Source: Bradyrhizobium sp.
GTDB lineage: Bacteria > Pseudomonadota > Alphaproteobacteria > Rhizobiales > Xanthobacteraceae
Reading direction: 5' to 3'
Length of the DNA: 64,000 nt
Assembly (NCBI RefSeq): GCF_035570375.1
Contig: NZ_DATMLW010000198.1
Coordinates: 7,479 to 71,478 of the forward strand
The notes below the pieces were generated by a model. That model made no database searches. It was given only the letters and a program-made list of their open reading frames with translations, and was not told the origin of the DNA. This document shows, piece after piece, positions 50,484 to 61,006 of this stretch. A program made the translations under genes and the position numbers. The first letter of the stretch is position 1, and every line of letters starts with the position of its first letter.

Positions 50484-50894
50484 CTAGGCCTGCAAGGCCG
50501 CACGCAGCATCTCGGCCTGGACCGCGGCGTAGAGCGCCCTCCAGGATTCCCGCAGCTCCGGGGTAAACGAGGCGCCGAACTTGCGCTCAAGACTCCACAT
50601 CAACGCCTCGCCCAATGCGTCATAGTGCGACGGCTGAACCCCAAACCTGGCATGCTGGCGGCCGGAATGCGTGACCAGAGACTGGAACATCGCGGGCTGG
50701 TCGAGCGAGCCGACCAGTTCGGCGATCATGTTCATCAGCTTGATACGCTGCCGCTCTATGTCGCCCGGGAACAGGTCTCTTGCCTCAGGCGAAAGCTCGA
50801 AGAATCGGCTGTAACACAGCTCCCCGATGTCGCGACTCATCGACCACATCGCGTCGAACGAATTCCTGATCTGGTCTGCCTGCTCGGGCGTCAT
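50484..50894 (-). CDS. Single-domain globin (flavohemoglobin-type globin domain)
   Basis: MTPEQ..IRNSF, YSRFFELSPEARDLF, Q..KL, GRQHARFGVQPSHY..GEAL, W..LY. Confidence 0.88.
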   Translation of the reverse strand: MTPEQADQIRNSFDAMWSMSRDIGELCYSRFFELSPEARDLFPGDIERQRIKLMNMIAELVGSLDQPAMFQSLVTHSGRQHARFGVQPSHYDALGEALMWSLERKFGASFTPELRESWRALYAAVQAEMLRAALQA

Positions 50895-51076
50895 TGATCA
50901 GACTGCCGCAATCTACAATGCTAAGTTGCTGAGCGATGCTAACGGATAAGCTCTCCAATCGCCAGCAAATACAGCCCTCGCCGAGGGTTCCTTCGCGGCC
51001 TGGGCGATGAATTTTATCAGTTTCGTGACAGGAAGGATCGCCTGCCGCGTCATGCAATCCTGCGTGCGTTGGCGCT

Positions 51077-51271
51077 GTAGGGTGGGCAAAGCGAAGCGTG
51101 CCCACCCTTTTTCTTTTCACGTGGCATCAAGGCGCGGCCACGATCGCAGAGCAAGGTCTTCAAGCGTAAAAAAGCGTTTGGCAACGTCGATATTGGGAGC
51201 GCGCCGTTCGCGACGACGTCGATCTGGAGCGGCATGTCAACGGTGGGCACGCTTCGCTTTGCCCACCCTAC
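51077..51271. repeat. Inverted pair of GTAG-type REPs (REPIN-like)
   Basis: GTAGGGTGGGCAAAGCGAAGCGTGCCCACC ... GGTGGGCACGCTTCGCTTTGCCCACCCTAC. Confidence 0.82.
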
Positions 51272-51299
51272 AGCTTCTTCAATCGTGGATGGCCGGGGA

Positions 51300-51850
51300 C
51301 GAGCCTCGCCATCACACCGCAGAGGCAAGCGCCGCGTGCGCCAAAAAACGATTTTCGCGAATCATTTCAGGCTGATTTGGGCTGTCCAGTCCTTGCGCGA
51401 AAAAATTTTCGCTTTCGCCGTCGGGCAAATCACATCTAGCTTTTCGCCCGTCCTGCACTCGTCAGGAGGGGCGTACGCGTCGTCACGAACGTGGAGCGCG
51501 GGATGCGATGGACGCTGGATGCGTTGCAAGACGGGCGACGTGTTTTGCGGACGGCGAAGTCGTGTGGTCTTGATGTCTCGATGCTGGCATCAAGTCTTGC
51601 GGAATGTTCCGTGAGGCGACGGTGACAAACAAGCCCGATCACCGGAGAGAGCGCGAAGGAAACCGTAAAACCATCGCGCGGGGAATGCCGGAATGTTTCG
51701 GCCTACCTGTGGTGACTTTAGCTCGTGTGTTTTTTGTTTTTACACACGAGGCTGCGGGTGCGCAAAACACCCGGCATTCCCTGCGCCCTCTGTTCTCGGG
51801 CGTGATCCTGGCATAACTCGGGCGAACCGTGCTGCGAGAGCGCGGACGCT
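51300..51850. other. Long, highly structured non-coding element (large repeat or ncRNA)
   Basis: No credible CDS; many stems including GCGCGGGGAATGCCGG (~51676-51691) / CCGGCATTCCCTGCGC (~51771-51786). Confidence 0.55.
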
Positions 51851-51987
51851 TGGCTGTTTGAAAATTGAATAATTCAGCGGGGTGTTCGTCTTCCACCCTC
51901 CAGGGGACGGTAAGGAAGGTGTTTTCCGCTTCCAGCTGATGCCGTCATCCGCTGGCGCTTCGAGAGCATCGCGGCTACATTGTCTTG

Positions 51988-52148
51988 GCGAGGCTGCGTC
52001 GCGCGTCAGGAGCCATATATCCCCGGGGCCTTATCGATCCTTAAGGGAACTGTCCCTGGCCGGGTCCGTGGACCCGGACATATGGTGCCCACCTACTTTC
52101 GTAGGGAACTCCGGGATCGAGTGCTTCAACGGCGTCGGCGGCTTCGCA
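51988..52148 (+). ncRNA. ssrS: 6S RNA
   Basis: Rod-like pairing GCGAGGCTGC../..GCGGCTTCGC, ATCCCCGGGGCC..AAGGGAACTGTCCCTG, TGGTGCCCACC; between zapA and ygfA; -10 TACATT at 51976. Confidence 0.88.
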
Positions 52149-52299
52149 CTTTCTTTCCGGTTCGTCAGACCCGCGGAAGGCTTGTATCCAGTACCCGCGG
52201 CATTTCGACGTAAGCACCGAAGTCTCTGGAAGAGTGAATCGCCAGCCTCTGCAAGTGGGAATCACTGCCCTCGAAGGTGATAGCGAAAAACGATCCTGG

Positions 52300-52917
52300 A
52301 TGGCTGCCTTGCCGACAGAGCGATCGAAAGCCGATCTCCGCGCCAAAGCGCTCGCCGCGCGCGATGGCTTGAGCGGCAAGCAGCGCGAAACCGCAGCGCT
52401 TGCGCTTGCCAAGCGCGGGCTGCCGGTCGAAATCACGCCGGGCCTGATCGTCTCCGGCTATTCGCCGATCCGCAGCGAGATCGACCCTCTTCCCCTGATG
52501 CGGTCGTTGGCCGAAAAAGGCGCGCGGCTTGCGCTGCCGGCGGTGCTGGCGCGCGGCAAGTCGCTGGCCTTTCGCGCATGGTCACCGCACGACCGCCTGG
52601 TGCTCGGGCCGCTCGGCATCCTCGAGCCTTCGCCCGCCGCGGCCGAACTCATTCCCGACATCTTGCTGGTGCCGCTCGCGGCGTTCGACCGCCTCGGTCA
52701 CCGCATCGGATATGGCGCCGGGCATTACGATCATACGCTGGCGCATTTGCGCAACCCCACGATGGCGCATCTGCGCAAGGTGAAGATCAAGCCCGTCACC
52801 GCCATCGGGCTTGCCTTCGCCGCCCAGGAAATCGCGGCGGTTCCGGCATTGTCGCACGACGTGGCGCTCGATTATGTGCTAACCGAAAAGAAAGTGTTCG
52901 ATTTCCGGAGCATGTAA
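52300..52917 (+). CDS. ygfA: 5-formyltetrahydrofolate cyclo-ligase
   Basis: SKADLR, IRSEID, GILEP, VPLAAFDRLGHRIGYGAGHYD, HDVALD..LTE. Confidence 0.92.
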   Translation: MAALPTERSKADLRAKALAARDGLSGKQRETAALALAKRGLPVEITPGLIVSGYSPIRSEIDPLPLMRSLAEKGARLALPAVLARGKSLAFRAWSPHDRLVLGPLGILEPSPAAAELIPDILLVPLAAFDRLGHRIGYGAGHYDHTLAHLRNPTMAHLRKVKIKPVTAIGLAFAAQEIAAVPALSHDVALDYVLTEKKVFDFRSM

Positions 52918-52918
52918 C

Positions 52919-53743
52919 TTGCGCATTTTGTTCGTGGGCGACGTCGTCGGCAGAGCCGGGCGCACCGCCGTTTCAGAGCTTCTCCCGGGCATGGTCCGCG
53001 ACTGGTCGCTCGATCTCGTGGTCGTCAATGGCGAGAATTCCGCCGGCGGATTCGGCATCACCGAGGCGATCTATCGTGAACTGATCGATGCCGGTGCCGA
53101 CGCGATCACGCTCGGCAATCACGCCTGGGACCAGCGCGAGGCACTGGTCTTCATCGAACGCGCGGACCGGCTTGTTCGCCCGCTGAATTTTCCGAAGGGA
53201 ACGCCGGGCCGCGGTGCGGCGCTGGTCGAAGCCAGGAACGGCAAGCGCGCGCTCATCGTCAACGCCATTGGCCGCGTGTTCATGACGCCGTTCGACGATC
53301 CGTTCGCCTGCATCAACCGCGAACTCGATTCCTGCCGCCTCGGCGAGGCGGCGGACGCCATCGTGGTCGATTTCCATTGCGAGGCGACGAGCGAGAAACA
53401 GGCGATCGGATTTTTCTGCGACGGCCGCGCCAGTCTCGTGGTCGGCACCCACACCCATGTGCCGACCTCCGACCACCAGATTCTGCCCGGCGGCACCGCG
53501 TACATGACCGACGCCGGGATGACCGGCGATTATGATTCGATCATCGGCATGCAGAAGGAAGAGCCGATGCGGCGCTTCACCACCGGCATTCCGCAGGCGC
53601 GCTTCGAGCCGGCGCTGGGCGCGGCGACGTTCAGCGGGCTTGCGGTGGAGACCGACGACAGAAGCGGGCTTGCGCTCCGCGTCGCACCGGTTCGCACAGG
53701 CGGCAGGCTCGAGCCGACGTTGCCGGGATTTTGGGCGAGTTAG
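52919..53743 (+). CDS. YmdB / TIGR00282-type metallophosphoesterase
   Basis: FVGDVVG, NGENSAGGFG, TLGNH, DFHCEATSEK, GTHTH, TDAGMTG. Confidence 0.93.
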   Translation: MRILFVGDVVGRAGRTAVSELLPGMVRDWSLDLVVVNGENSAGGFGITEAIYRELIDAGADAITLGNHAWDQREALVFIERADRLVRPLNFPKGTPGRGAALVEARNGKRALIVNAIGRVFMTPFDDPFACINRELDSCRLGEAADAIVVDFHCEATSEKQAIGFFCDGRASLVVGTHTHVPTSDHQILPGGTAYMTDAGMTGDYDSIIGMQKEEPMRRFTTGIPQARFEPALGAATFSGLAVETDDRSGLALRVAPVRTGGRLEPTLPGFWAS

Positions 53744-53824
53744 CGCATCCCCGCCGGGGAGAGGTGATCAGCGTCCTGCGGACACGACGAATCATCCCGC
53801 TATAGCTGAGGCGCTATGACGTGC

Positions 53825-55252
53825 TCAGGAGTGCCGAAAACCCATGCGGAACGCACCCCAGTGGCGGCCGCGAACAAGGATCGGCGATGACAGATCCTTC
53901 ATCAGGACGAAGTTGCCGCCACCCATGTCGCGCCGGTAGGTCTGCAGCAGAAACGGCCTGGTGTTTGCCGCGACCTTCTTCACCGCGCGATCGTTGAACA
54001 GCCGCCGGTTGCGGCAGTTGGCATTGTTCCAGACCGGGTCGGCGCCTTGCGGCTTGCGGTAGTTCGGATTGTGGGTCGGAAGATATCCGCCTCTCGCCCA
54101 CGCCACGCAGAAGACGATGCGGGAATCGGACTTCTGCAGCGGGTCCTGGATCGGCGGCAGGATGCGGTCGGTGAACTCGACGTAATCGGTGAGGTATTGC
54201 TTGGGGTCGGTGCCGGGAATTTCGCGGTAGTTCTCGTCCATCAATTGATCGAGGCTGATTTCGCCGCGCGCGATTGCGGCTTCGAACGAGGCGGAAATCG
54301 TCTTCGCGGTTTCGATCACGGTGCGGATCAGCGGCGCATCCGCCGTCTCGATGCCGCTGTCGGCGATGAGCTCGATCAGATTTTCGGAGAGGTCGAGGAG
54401 CTTTGCGACCCGGTCGTCGGCACGTTTGAGGTCGCTCGAGGAGAGATCGACGCCGTCAGCGAGATTGCCGAGTTCGGAGATCACCATGTCGCAATGAGCA
54501 AGGTTCGAAGTGGCCGCCCTGGTGACGCCGTCAATCTCTTTCCTGACGGCGGTGAAGCCGTCCCGAACGCGAGCGATGATCCCCTTGATCTGCTCGGCGC
54601 CTTGACCGGCGTTCATCGCCCGCAGCGAGGCATCGCCGCTTTCGCCGATCAGATTGCCCACCTGGCCGTCGAGGTCGCGGACGGTATCGCCGATCAATTG
54701 CGTCGCCTGACGCGTCGCCTCCGCAAGGCTCTTCACTTCGCTGGCGACGACCGCAAAGCCCCGTCCCGCGCTGCCGGCTCGCGCCGCTTCGATGGTGGCG
54801 TTGAGCGCCAACAAGTTGGTTTGCTTGGCGATGGCCTCGATCGAGCCTGACACCTTGGCCACCTGCGCGAGCGCGCTGCCGACCGCGCCGAGGCGGATTT
54901 CGATGCGCCCCACCGCTTCGATCAATTCGGAGATATGCTGGACCGCCGTCTCCACCACATCGCGGGATTGCGTGATTTCGCCGACCGCGGCCGATGTCGC
55001 GGTTTGCACCGCTTGCGAAGCGGACGCGATATCGTGATTGGCGGAAACCATCGTCTCGGCCGTTCTTTGCAGATGCCCGAAACGGTCGGCCTGGGTGGAA
55101 ACGCGCCCCGCGACTTCGCGCAGGTTTCCGGCAACATCGGCAAGTTCAACGCCGAGCCCACCGATCCCGTTCGCAAGCTGGTCGACCAGCCGTTCGCTGT
55201 CTGAAGGTGTGGCCGCAGCGCCTGATTGTCTGATGGCCTGTGCAACCGACAT
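53825..55252 (-). CDS. Soluble methyl-accepting chemotaxis protein with C-terminal sensor-like domain
   Basis: [32 protein letters not shown]; no TM segment. Confidence 0.92.
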   Translation of the reverse strand: MSVAQAIRQSGAAATPSDSERLVDQLANGIGGLGVELADVAGNLREVAGRVSTQADRFGHLQRTAETMVSANHDIASASQAVQTATSAAVGEITQSRDVVETAVQHISELIEAVGRIEIRLGAVGSALAQVAKVSGSIEAIAKQTNLLALNATIEAARAGSAGRGFAVVASEVKSLAEATRQATQLIGDTVRDLDGQVGNLIGESGDASLRAMNAGQGAEQIKGIIARVRDGFTAVRKEIDGVTRAATSNLAHCDMVISELGNLADGVDLSSSDLKRADDRVAKLLDLSENLIELIADSGIETADAPLIRTVIETAKTISASFEAAIARGEISLDQLMDENYREIPGTDPKQYLTDYVEFTDRILPPIQDPLQKSDSRIVFCVAWARGGYLPTHNPNYRKPQGADPVWNNANCRNRRLFNDRAVKKVAANTRPFLLQTYRRDMGGGNFVLMKDLSSPILVRGRHWGAFRMGFRHS

Positions 55253-55301
55253 TGCCGCATTCCTCCGGATCAATAATTCCAATTCGCGAATTCACGCATT
55301 G

Positions 55302-57062
55302 TCAAAGCTTGTAGGCGGTGCGAAATCCACCCCAGTGCCGCCCCGTGACGCGGACCGGAACGTCGATCTCGCGCATCATCACGGTTTTGCCGTTGCCCAT
55401 GTCGCGCGCATAACTCTGGATCAGATAAGAGCGCTGGTTGCGCCCTGCGGCGAGCCCCGCCGGGTCGTTGAAGATGCGCCGGTTGCGACTGTGGGCCGTG
55501 TTCCATGCGACATCGCCGGCGCGTTGCGGATGTGAATAGATCTTGTTGTGCACGGGCAAATAGCCGTTGCGGTCGATCATCACGCAGAACACCATCCGCG
55601 GGTCGCGGGCGAGGAAGGCTTCCTGGAACGGCGGCAGCGCGCGATCCGCCCAGTGGAGGATCTTTGTGCGGTGCTGCAGCGGGTTGGTGCCGGCGATCTC
55701 GACATAGTCGGTGTCGAACATGTCTTCGATCGAAATCTCCCCGCTTGCGACCGCGTCTTCGAAAATCCCGGTCAGCGCGGCGCCGGCTTCCATGGCGCGG
55801 GTGACGAATTCGGTGTTCTCGTCGCGGATCGACCACAGCTTGTCTTCGATTTTCTCGACGAACTCCGCGTCCCTTGTCTCGAAGTCGGCGTTAACCCCTG
55901 CCTTTGATCGCTCGCCGGTGCGAATGCGGCAGGCGCCGATGCTCTCGATCGTGGCATCGAGGGTTCGATGAACCGGCAGCGCGTCGGCGTCCGCTCCGCC
56001 GATCAGGAGGCTGCTCAAGGAAATCTGGTAGACGGATGCGGAAATCGGCCGATGCGCGGTCCTTATTTCGATCTTGAGATTGCACGGCAGCCGCTCGTAA
56101 TTGCGCTGGTTCGCGTGCAGGTCCTTGCCCAGCAGCACCGCGCAGCGCGATTTGAGTTTTTGTGCAAGCATGGTGACGGACTTGCCGGCACCGGCGACAT
56201 GCTCGCCATGGGTCTCAGCCTCTCGCGCGGCGTTGTCGATCTCGATGGCGCTTTCGCCAACGGAAGCGATGAAGTGCGAGGCGGTGGCGACGTTCTCGGT
56301 CATCTGGCCGGTGGTCTGGTTCTGCTCGGTCACCGAACCGTTGACCTTGTCGAATACCGGCCGGATCGCCTGTATGGCCTGCGAGATCCGGTGCACGGCA
56401 TCGACCGAGCCCGCCGCGTCCCTTTGCAGCGCGTCGATTTTCTTCTTGATCTCCTCGGTGGCGTCCTGGGTCTGCACCGCCAGCGCCTTGACCTCGGAGG
56501 CAACTACGGCGAAGCCGCGACCGGCAGCGCCGGCGCGCGCCGCCTCGATCGTCGAGTTGAGTGCCAGCAGTGTCGTTTGTCGTGCGATCTGCGCGATCAA
56601 ATTGACGACATTGCCGATCGCCGCCGAGGACTCCTTCAGTCGGTCGACATTGGCGCTCGCTTCCTCCACCGCGGCGCTGGCCTGATCGGCGAGCTTGCCG
56701 GCATCGCGCACCTGCGAGCCGATGTCTTCGGCCGAATGGGTGAACTTGTCGGCGGCCTGCGAGAAGATCTTGGCGGTGCTTTGCGCGGCGCTGCTTCGTC
56801 CGCTGAGCGCATCGGTGCGTTGGCGGATCATGGAAAGGGTCGCAGCCGTAGCCTCGGCCCCGCCGGCGACGGAACTCGCCGCGCGCTCGAGCTGGCGGAT
56901 CATTCCACCGAGTTCGAGTTCGAGCAGTTCGAGGATTTGCCGGGCCGAATCGACGTCGGACGCAACCGGGAACTCGACCGCCGGTTCGGTCTTCACCGAC
57001 TCCGGCCTGGCCGCTGGCGCGGGCGATTCAGCCGGGCGTCTTCGGAGTAGTCCAAACGCCAT
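55302..57062 (-). CDS. Soluble methyl-accepting chemotaxis protein with PilZ-like and C-terminal sensor-like domains
   Basis: [30 protein letters not shown]; RNYER; C-terminal domain homologous to the neighbour. Confidence 0.9.
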   Translation of the reverse strand: MAFGLLRRRPAESPAPAARPESVKTEPAVEFPVASDVDSARQILELLELELGGMIRQLERAASSVAGGAEATAATLSMIRQRTDALSGRSSAAQSTAKIFSQAADKFTHSAEDIGSQVRDAGKLADQASAAVEEASANVDRLKESSAAIGNVVNLIAQIARQTTLLALNSTIEAARAGAAGRGFAVVASEVKALAVQTQDATEEIKKKIDALQRDAAGSVDAVHRISQAIQAIRPVFDKVNGSVTEQNQTTGQMTENVATASHFIASVGESAIEIDNAAREAETHGEHVAGAGKSVTMLAQKLKSRCAVLLGKDLHANQRNYERLPCNLKIEIRTAHRPISASVYQISLSSLLIGGADADALPVHRTLDATIESIGACRIRTGERSKAGVNADFETRDAEFVEKIEDKLWSIRDENTEFVTRAMEAGAALTGIFEDAVASGEISIEDMFDTDYVEIAGTNPLQHRTKILHWADRALPPFQEAFLARDPRMVFCVMIDRNGYLPVHNKIYSHPQRAGDVAWNTAHSRNRRIFNDPAGLAAGRNQRSYLIQSYARDMGNGKTVMMREIDVPVRVTGRHWGGFRTAYKL

Positions 57063-57261
57063 GGGTTCTCTCAGAAATGGGTGTTATCGATCATCCTCCC
57101 ATCGCGTCATGAAATCAGGGTTAACGATTGCCTCATTCGTGGGCAGTTCGGCCTATCCACATACCGAAAACCGGGCCAAATTTTTGATTTTGCCAAGTTA
57201 CCGGCCTATAACGCCGCCCTTTCCAACAAAACCGTCGCGGACGAATCCCGAAAGTTAACGC

Positions 57262-58008
57262 ATGGCCGGCCATTCCCAGTTCAAGAACATCATGCACCGC
57301 AAGGGCCGCCAGGATGCCCAGAAGTCGAAACTGTTCGGCAAGCTGGCGCGGGAAATCACGGTGGCTGCGAAGCTTGGCACTCCGGATCCGGCGATGAACC
57401 CGCGCTTGCGCGCTGCCGTCATTGCCGCTCGCCAGGAGAACATGCCCAAGGACAATATCGAGCGCGCCATCAAGAAGGCGATTGGTGGCGATAGCGAGAA
57501 CTACGACGAGATTCGCTACGAAGGCTACGGGCCGGGTGGCGTCGCCGTGATCGTCGAAGTCCTGACCGATAACCGCAACCGCGCCGCCTCCGACATCCGT
57601 TCCTACTTCACCAAGTCCGGCGGCAATCTCGGCGAAACCGGCTCGGTCGCCTTCATGTTCGACCGCACCGGCGTCATCGAATACGACGCCAAGGTCGCCT
57701 CCGACGATGCGATGCTGGAGGCGGCGATCGAGGCTGGCGCGGATGACGTCGTGTCAAGCGAAAGCGGCCATGAAATCTATGCTTCGCAGGAAACCTTTCG
57801 CGACGTCGCCAAGGCGCTGGAGGCGAAGTTCGGCGAGCCCCGCAAGGCGGCACTGATCTGGAAGCCGCAAAACACGGTGTCGGTGGACGACGAGTCCGGC
57901 GAAAAGCTCCTGAAGCTGCTCGATCTTCTCAACGAACACGACGACGTGCAGAACGTCTACGCCAATTTCGAAGTCTCGGACGCGCTAGTTGCCAGGATGG
58001 GTGCCTAA
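57262..58008 (+). CDS. yebC: YebC/PmpR-family protein
   Basis: [37 protein letters not shown]. Confidence 0.96.
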   Translation: MAGHSQFKNIMHRKGRQDAQKSKLFGKLAREITVAAKLGTPDPAMNPRLRAAVIAARQENMPKDNIERAIKKAIGGDSENYDEIRYEGYGPGGVAVIVEVLTDNRNRAASDIRSYFTKSGGNLGETGSVAFMFDRTGVIEYDAKVASDDAMLEAAIEAGADDVVSSESGHEIYASQETFRDVAKALEAKFGEPRKAALIWKPQNTVSVDDESGEKLLKLLDLLNEHDDVQNVYANFEVSDALVARMGA

Positions 58009-58092
58009 AAAGTCGATTTCTCCGCGCTTCGGTCGTTGATGGCGAATTGCCCTCGCTAGGCGCGAAACACCGCCATGGGGTATAGATTCCCC

Positions 58093-58620
58093 ATGAACTC
58101 CCAGCCGATTCGCTCGCCCGTCCGCATCCTCGGCATTGATCCCGGGCTTCGCCGCACGGGTTGGGGCGTGATCGAGGTGGACGGTAACCGGCTCGCCTAC
58201 GTCGGCTGTGGATCGGTCGAGCCACCGGAAAATCTGCCGCTGGCAAGCCGTCTTTTGACCATCCATGAAGGGTTGGCCGCCGTGCTCGGCAATTTCCGCC
58301 CGGCTGAGGCCGCGGTCGAACAGACCTTTGTGAACAAGGACGGCGTCGCCACCCTCAAGCTCGGCCAGGCGCGCGGCGTTGCGATGCTGGCGCCGGCGAT
58401 GTTCGGAATTTCGGTTGCCGAATATGCGCCGAACCAGGTCAAGAAGACCGTGGTCGGCGCTGGCCATGCCGACAAGAACCAGGTGTTGGTGATGTTGAAG
58501 ATTCTGTTGCCCAAGGCCGAGCCGAAATCCCCCGATGCCGCGGACGCGCTCGCGATTGCCGTGACGCATGCGCATCATCGCCACAGCACCACACTGCGCC
58601 TGAGGATGCTGGAAGTATGA
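58093..58620 (+). CDS. ruvC: Holliday junction resolvase
   Basis: [40 protein letters not shown]. Confidence 0.96.
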   Translation: MNSQPIRSPVRILGIDPGLRRTGWGVIEVDGNRLAYVGCGSVEPPENLPLASRLLTIHEGLAAVLGNFRPAEAAVEQTFVNKDGVATLKLGQARGVAMLAPAMFGISVAEYAPNQVKKTVVGAGHADKNQVLVMLKILLPKAEPKSPDAADALAIAVTHAHHRHSTTLRLRMLEV

Positions 58621-58641
58621 TCGGCGGACGTCTGTTTCAGC

Positions 58642-58764
58642 CGTCATGGCCGGGCATAGCCGTTCGAAGAACGGCGTCGCTGCCGCGCGCCCATGCCCGG
58701 CCATCCACGTCTGCGAGATGGGCAAAGAAAGACGTGGATGCCCGGCACGAGGCCGGGCATGACG
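58642..58764. repeat. REP-like element with nested CATAG insert, between ruvC and ruvA
   Basis: CGTCATGGCCGGG..CCGGGCATGACG; flanked by TATGATCGGC direct repeats at 58616 and 58798. Confidence 0.8.
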
Positions 58765-58798
58765 AGCGGGAAAATTTCGCCTTGTCCGGGTCGTCACT

Positions 58799-59416
58799 AT
58801 GATCGGCAAGCTCAAAGGCCTGATCGATTCCTACGGCGAGGACTTCGTCATCCTCGACGTAGGCGGCGTCGGCTACCAGGTGCATTGCTCCGCCCGCACG
58901 CTGCAGGCGCTGCCGGCGCAAGGCGAAGCCGCAGTGCTCTCGATCGAAACTTATGTTCGCGAAGATCAGATCAAGCTGTTCGGCTTCAAGAGCGACGTCG
59001 AGCGCGAATGGTTTCGCCTGCTGCAGACGGTGCAGGGCGTGGGCGCCAAGGTGGCGCTCGCCGTGCTCGGAACGTTGCCGCCGTCGGATCTCGCGAACGC
59101 GATCGCTCTGCGTGACAAGGCCGCGGTGACGCGCACGCCGGGCGTCGGCCCGAAGGTCGCCGAGCGTATCGTCACCGAATTGAAGGACAAGGGGCCGGCC
59201 TTTGCCAATGTCGATCCGGCTGTGGTGCGTCTTTCCGGCGCGATCGACAACGAGCGCGCGCCGCGCCCCGTCACGGATGCGATCTCGGCGCTGGTCAATC
59301 TCGGTTACGGCCAACCTCAAGCTGCCGCCGCGATCGCGGCCGCCTCGCGCAGCGCCGGTGAAAACGCGGAAGTCTCGCAACTGATCCGGCTTGGGCTGAA
59401 GGAGCTGGCAAAGTGA
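58799..59416 (+). CDS. ruvA: Holliday junction branch migration protein
   Basis: [42 protein letters not shown]. Confidence 0.96.
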   Translation: MIGKLKGLIDSYGEDFVILDVGGVGYQVHCSARTLQALPAQGEAAVLSIETYVREDQIKLFGFKSDVEREWFRLLQTVQGVGAKVALAVLGTLPPSDLANAIALRDKAAVTRTPGVGPKVAERIVTELKDKGPAFANVDPAVVRLSGAIDNERAPRPVTDAISALVNLGYGQPQAAAAIAAASRSAGENAEVSQLIRLGLKELAK

Positions 59417-60462
59417 ACCCGCCCTCCCGCATCGTCACGCCCGAACGCCGTACCGAGGATACCGGCGACACCGCGCTGCGGCCGCAATTTCTGTCGGATT
59501 TCGTGGGCCAGGCGCAGGCGCGCAAGAACCTCTCCATCTTCATCGAGGCGGCGCGCAAGCGCGGCGAAGCGCTCGATCATGTGTTGTTCGTAGGCCCTCC
59601 GGGGCTCGGCAAGACCACGCTGGCTCAGATCGTCGCGCGCGAACTCGGCGTCGGCTTCCGTGCCACTTCGGGACCTGTGATTGCCAAGGCCGGCGATCTC
59701 GCCGCCCTTCTCACCAATCTGGAAGAGCGTGACGTGCTCTTCATCGACGAGATCCATCGCCTGAGCCCTGCGGTGGAAGAAGTGCTTTATCCAGCGATGG
59801 AGGATTTCCAGCTCGACCTTATCATCGGCGACGGACCGGCGGCGCGCTCGGTGAAGATCGAATTGGCAAAATTCACGCTCGTCGGCGCCACCACGCGCGC
59901 GGGCCTCCTGACCAATCCATTGCGCGACCGCTTCGGCATTCCGGTACGGCTGAATTTCTACAGCGAAGACGAACTGGAAATGATCGTCAGGCGCGGTGCT
60001 CGCGTGCTTCAGATCGGGATGACGGGCGACGGCGCCAACGAGATCGCCCGCCGCGCGCGCGGCACGCCGCGGATCGCAGGACGCCTGTTGCGGCGGGTGC
60101 GGGATTTTGCTTCCGCCTCGGATGCGGCCTCGATCGATCGCGCCATTGCCGATCACGCGCTGAGTTCGCTCGAGGTCGACGCTGCCGGCCTGGATGCCAT
60201 GGACCGCCGTTATCTTTCGACCATCGCCTTGAACTACGGCGGCGGTCCGGTCGGCGTGGAAACGCTTGCCGCGGCGCTGTCCGAGCCACGCGACGCCATC
60301 GAGGACATCATCGAGCCCTACCTGATCCAGTGCGGCTATCTTCAGCGCACTCCGCGCGGGCGGCTGTTGACCTCGCATGCATTCCGCCATCTCGGCCTCG
60401 CCGAGCCCACGCGCGATGCCGCGCAATTCGGCCTGTTCGGCACCGGCGGCGAGGACGAGTGA
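59413..60462 (+). CDS. ruvB: Holliday junction DNA helicase
   Basis: [40 protein letters not shown]. Confidence 0.97.
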   Translation: MNPPSRIVTPERRTEDTGDTALRPQFLSDFVGQAQARKNLSIFIEAARKRGEALDHVLFVGPPGLGKTTLAQIVARELGVGFRATSGPVIAKAGDLAALLTNLEERDVLFIDEIHRLSPAVEEVLYPAMEDFQLDLIIGDGPAARSVKIELAKFTLVGATTRAGLLTNPLRDRFGIPVRLNFYSEDELEMIVRRGARVLQIGMTGDGANEIARRARGTPRIAGRLLRRVRDFASASDAASIDRAIADHALSSLEVDAAGLDAMDRRYLSTIALNYGGGPVGVETLAAALSEPRDAIEDIIEPYLIQCGYLQRTPRGRLLTSHAFRHLGLAEPTRDAAQFGLFGTGGEDE

Positions 60463-60884
60463 TGGACACCGCAACGATCAAGATCGTCGCCGCATTGATC
60501 TCTGATGAGACGGGCCGCGTGTTGCTCGTGCGCAAGCGAGGGACCCGCACCTTCATGCAGCCGGGCGGCAAGCGCGATTCCGGCGAAGATGACATCGCCG
60601 CGCTCTCGCGCGAGATCGCGGAGGAACTCGGCTGCGGAATTGTGCCCGCCTCGATCCGGCCGCTCGGCGAGTTCAACGCGGTTGCGGCAAATGAGCCGGG
60701 GTTTTTTGTGCAGGCCAGCCTGTACCGGATCGATGTGACCGGCGAGATCACCCCTAACCAGGAGATCGACGAAGCGATCTGGATCGACCCGGCTGCGCCT
60801 CCCGACGTTGATCTCGCGCCGCTGACGCGCGATCATGTCCTGCCGCTTGCCGTCGCAACAACGTCGGCGGCAAATGTCGACTGA
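60462..60884 (+). CDS. NUDIX hydrolase
   Basis: PGGKRDSGE....ALSREIAEELG Nudix box; TGATG overlap with ruvB. Confidence 0.9.
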   Translation: MDTATIKIVAALISDETGRVLLVRKRGTRTFMQPGGKRDSGEDDIAALSREIAEELGCGIVPASIRPLGEFNAVAANEPGFFVQASLYRIDVTGEITPNQEIDEAIWIDPAAPPDVDLAPLTRDHVLPLAVATTSAANVD

Positions 60885-61006
60885 CATCTCGCTTCTCGAT
60901 GGCGCGAGCCTCAAAGCTGCCAACCCGTTAAGCATCCGGCCGCTGATACCGCAATTCCGCTTCAATCTGCCGTCATGAACGCGGCGAAACCGTAGTCGGC
61001 CGTCTC

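Noticed and set aside
51300-51850. rRNA fragment, tmRNA, RNase P RNA, cobalamin riboswitch or group II intron
   Set aside because: I could not find the diagnostic motifs of any of these by eye; left as an unassigned structured element
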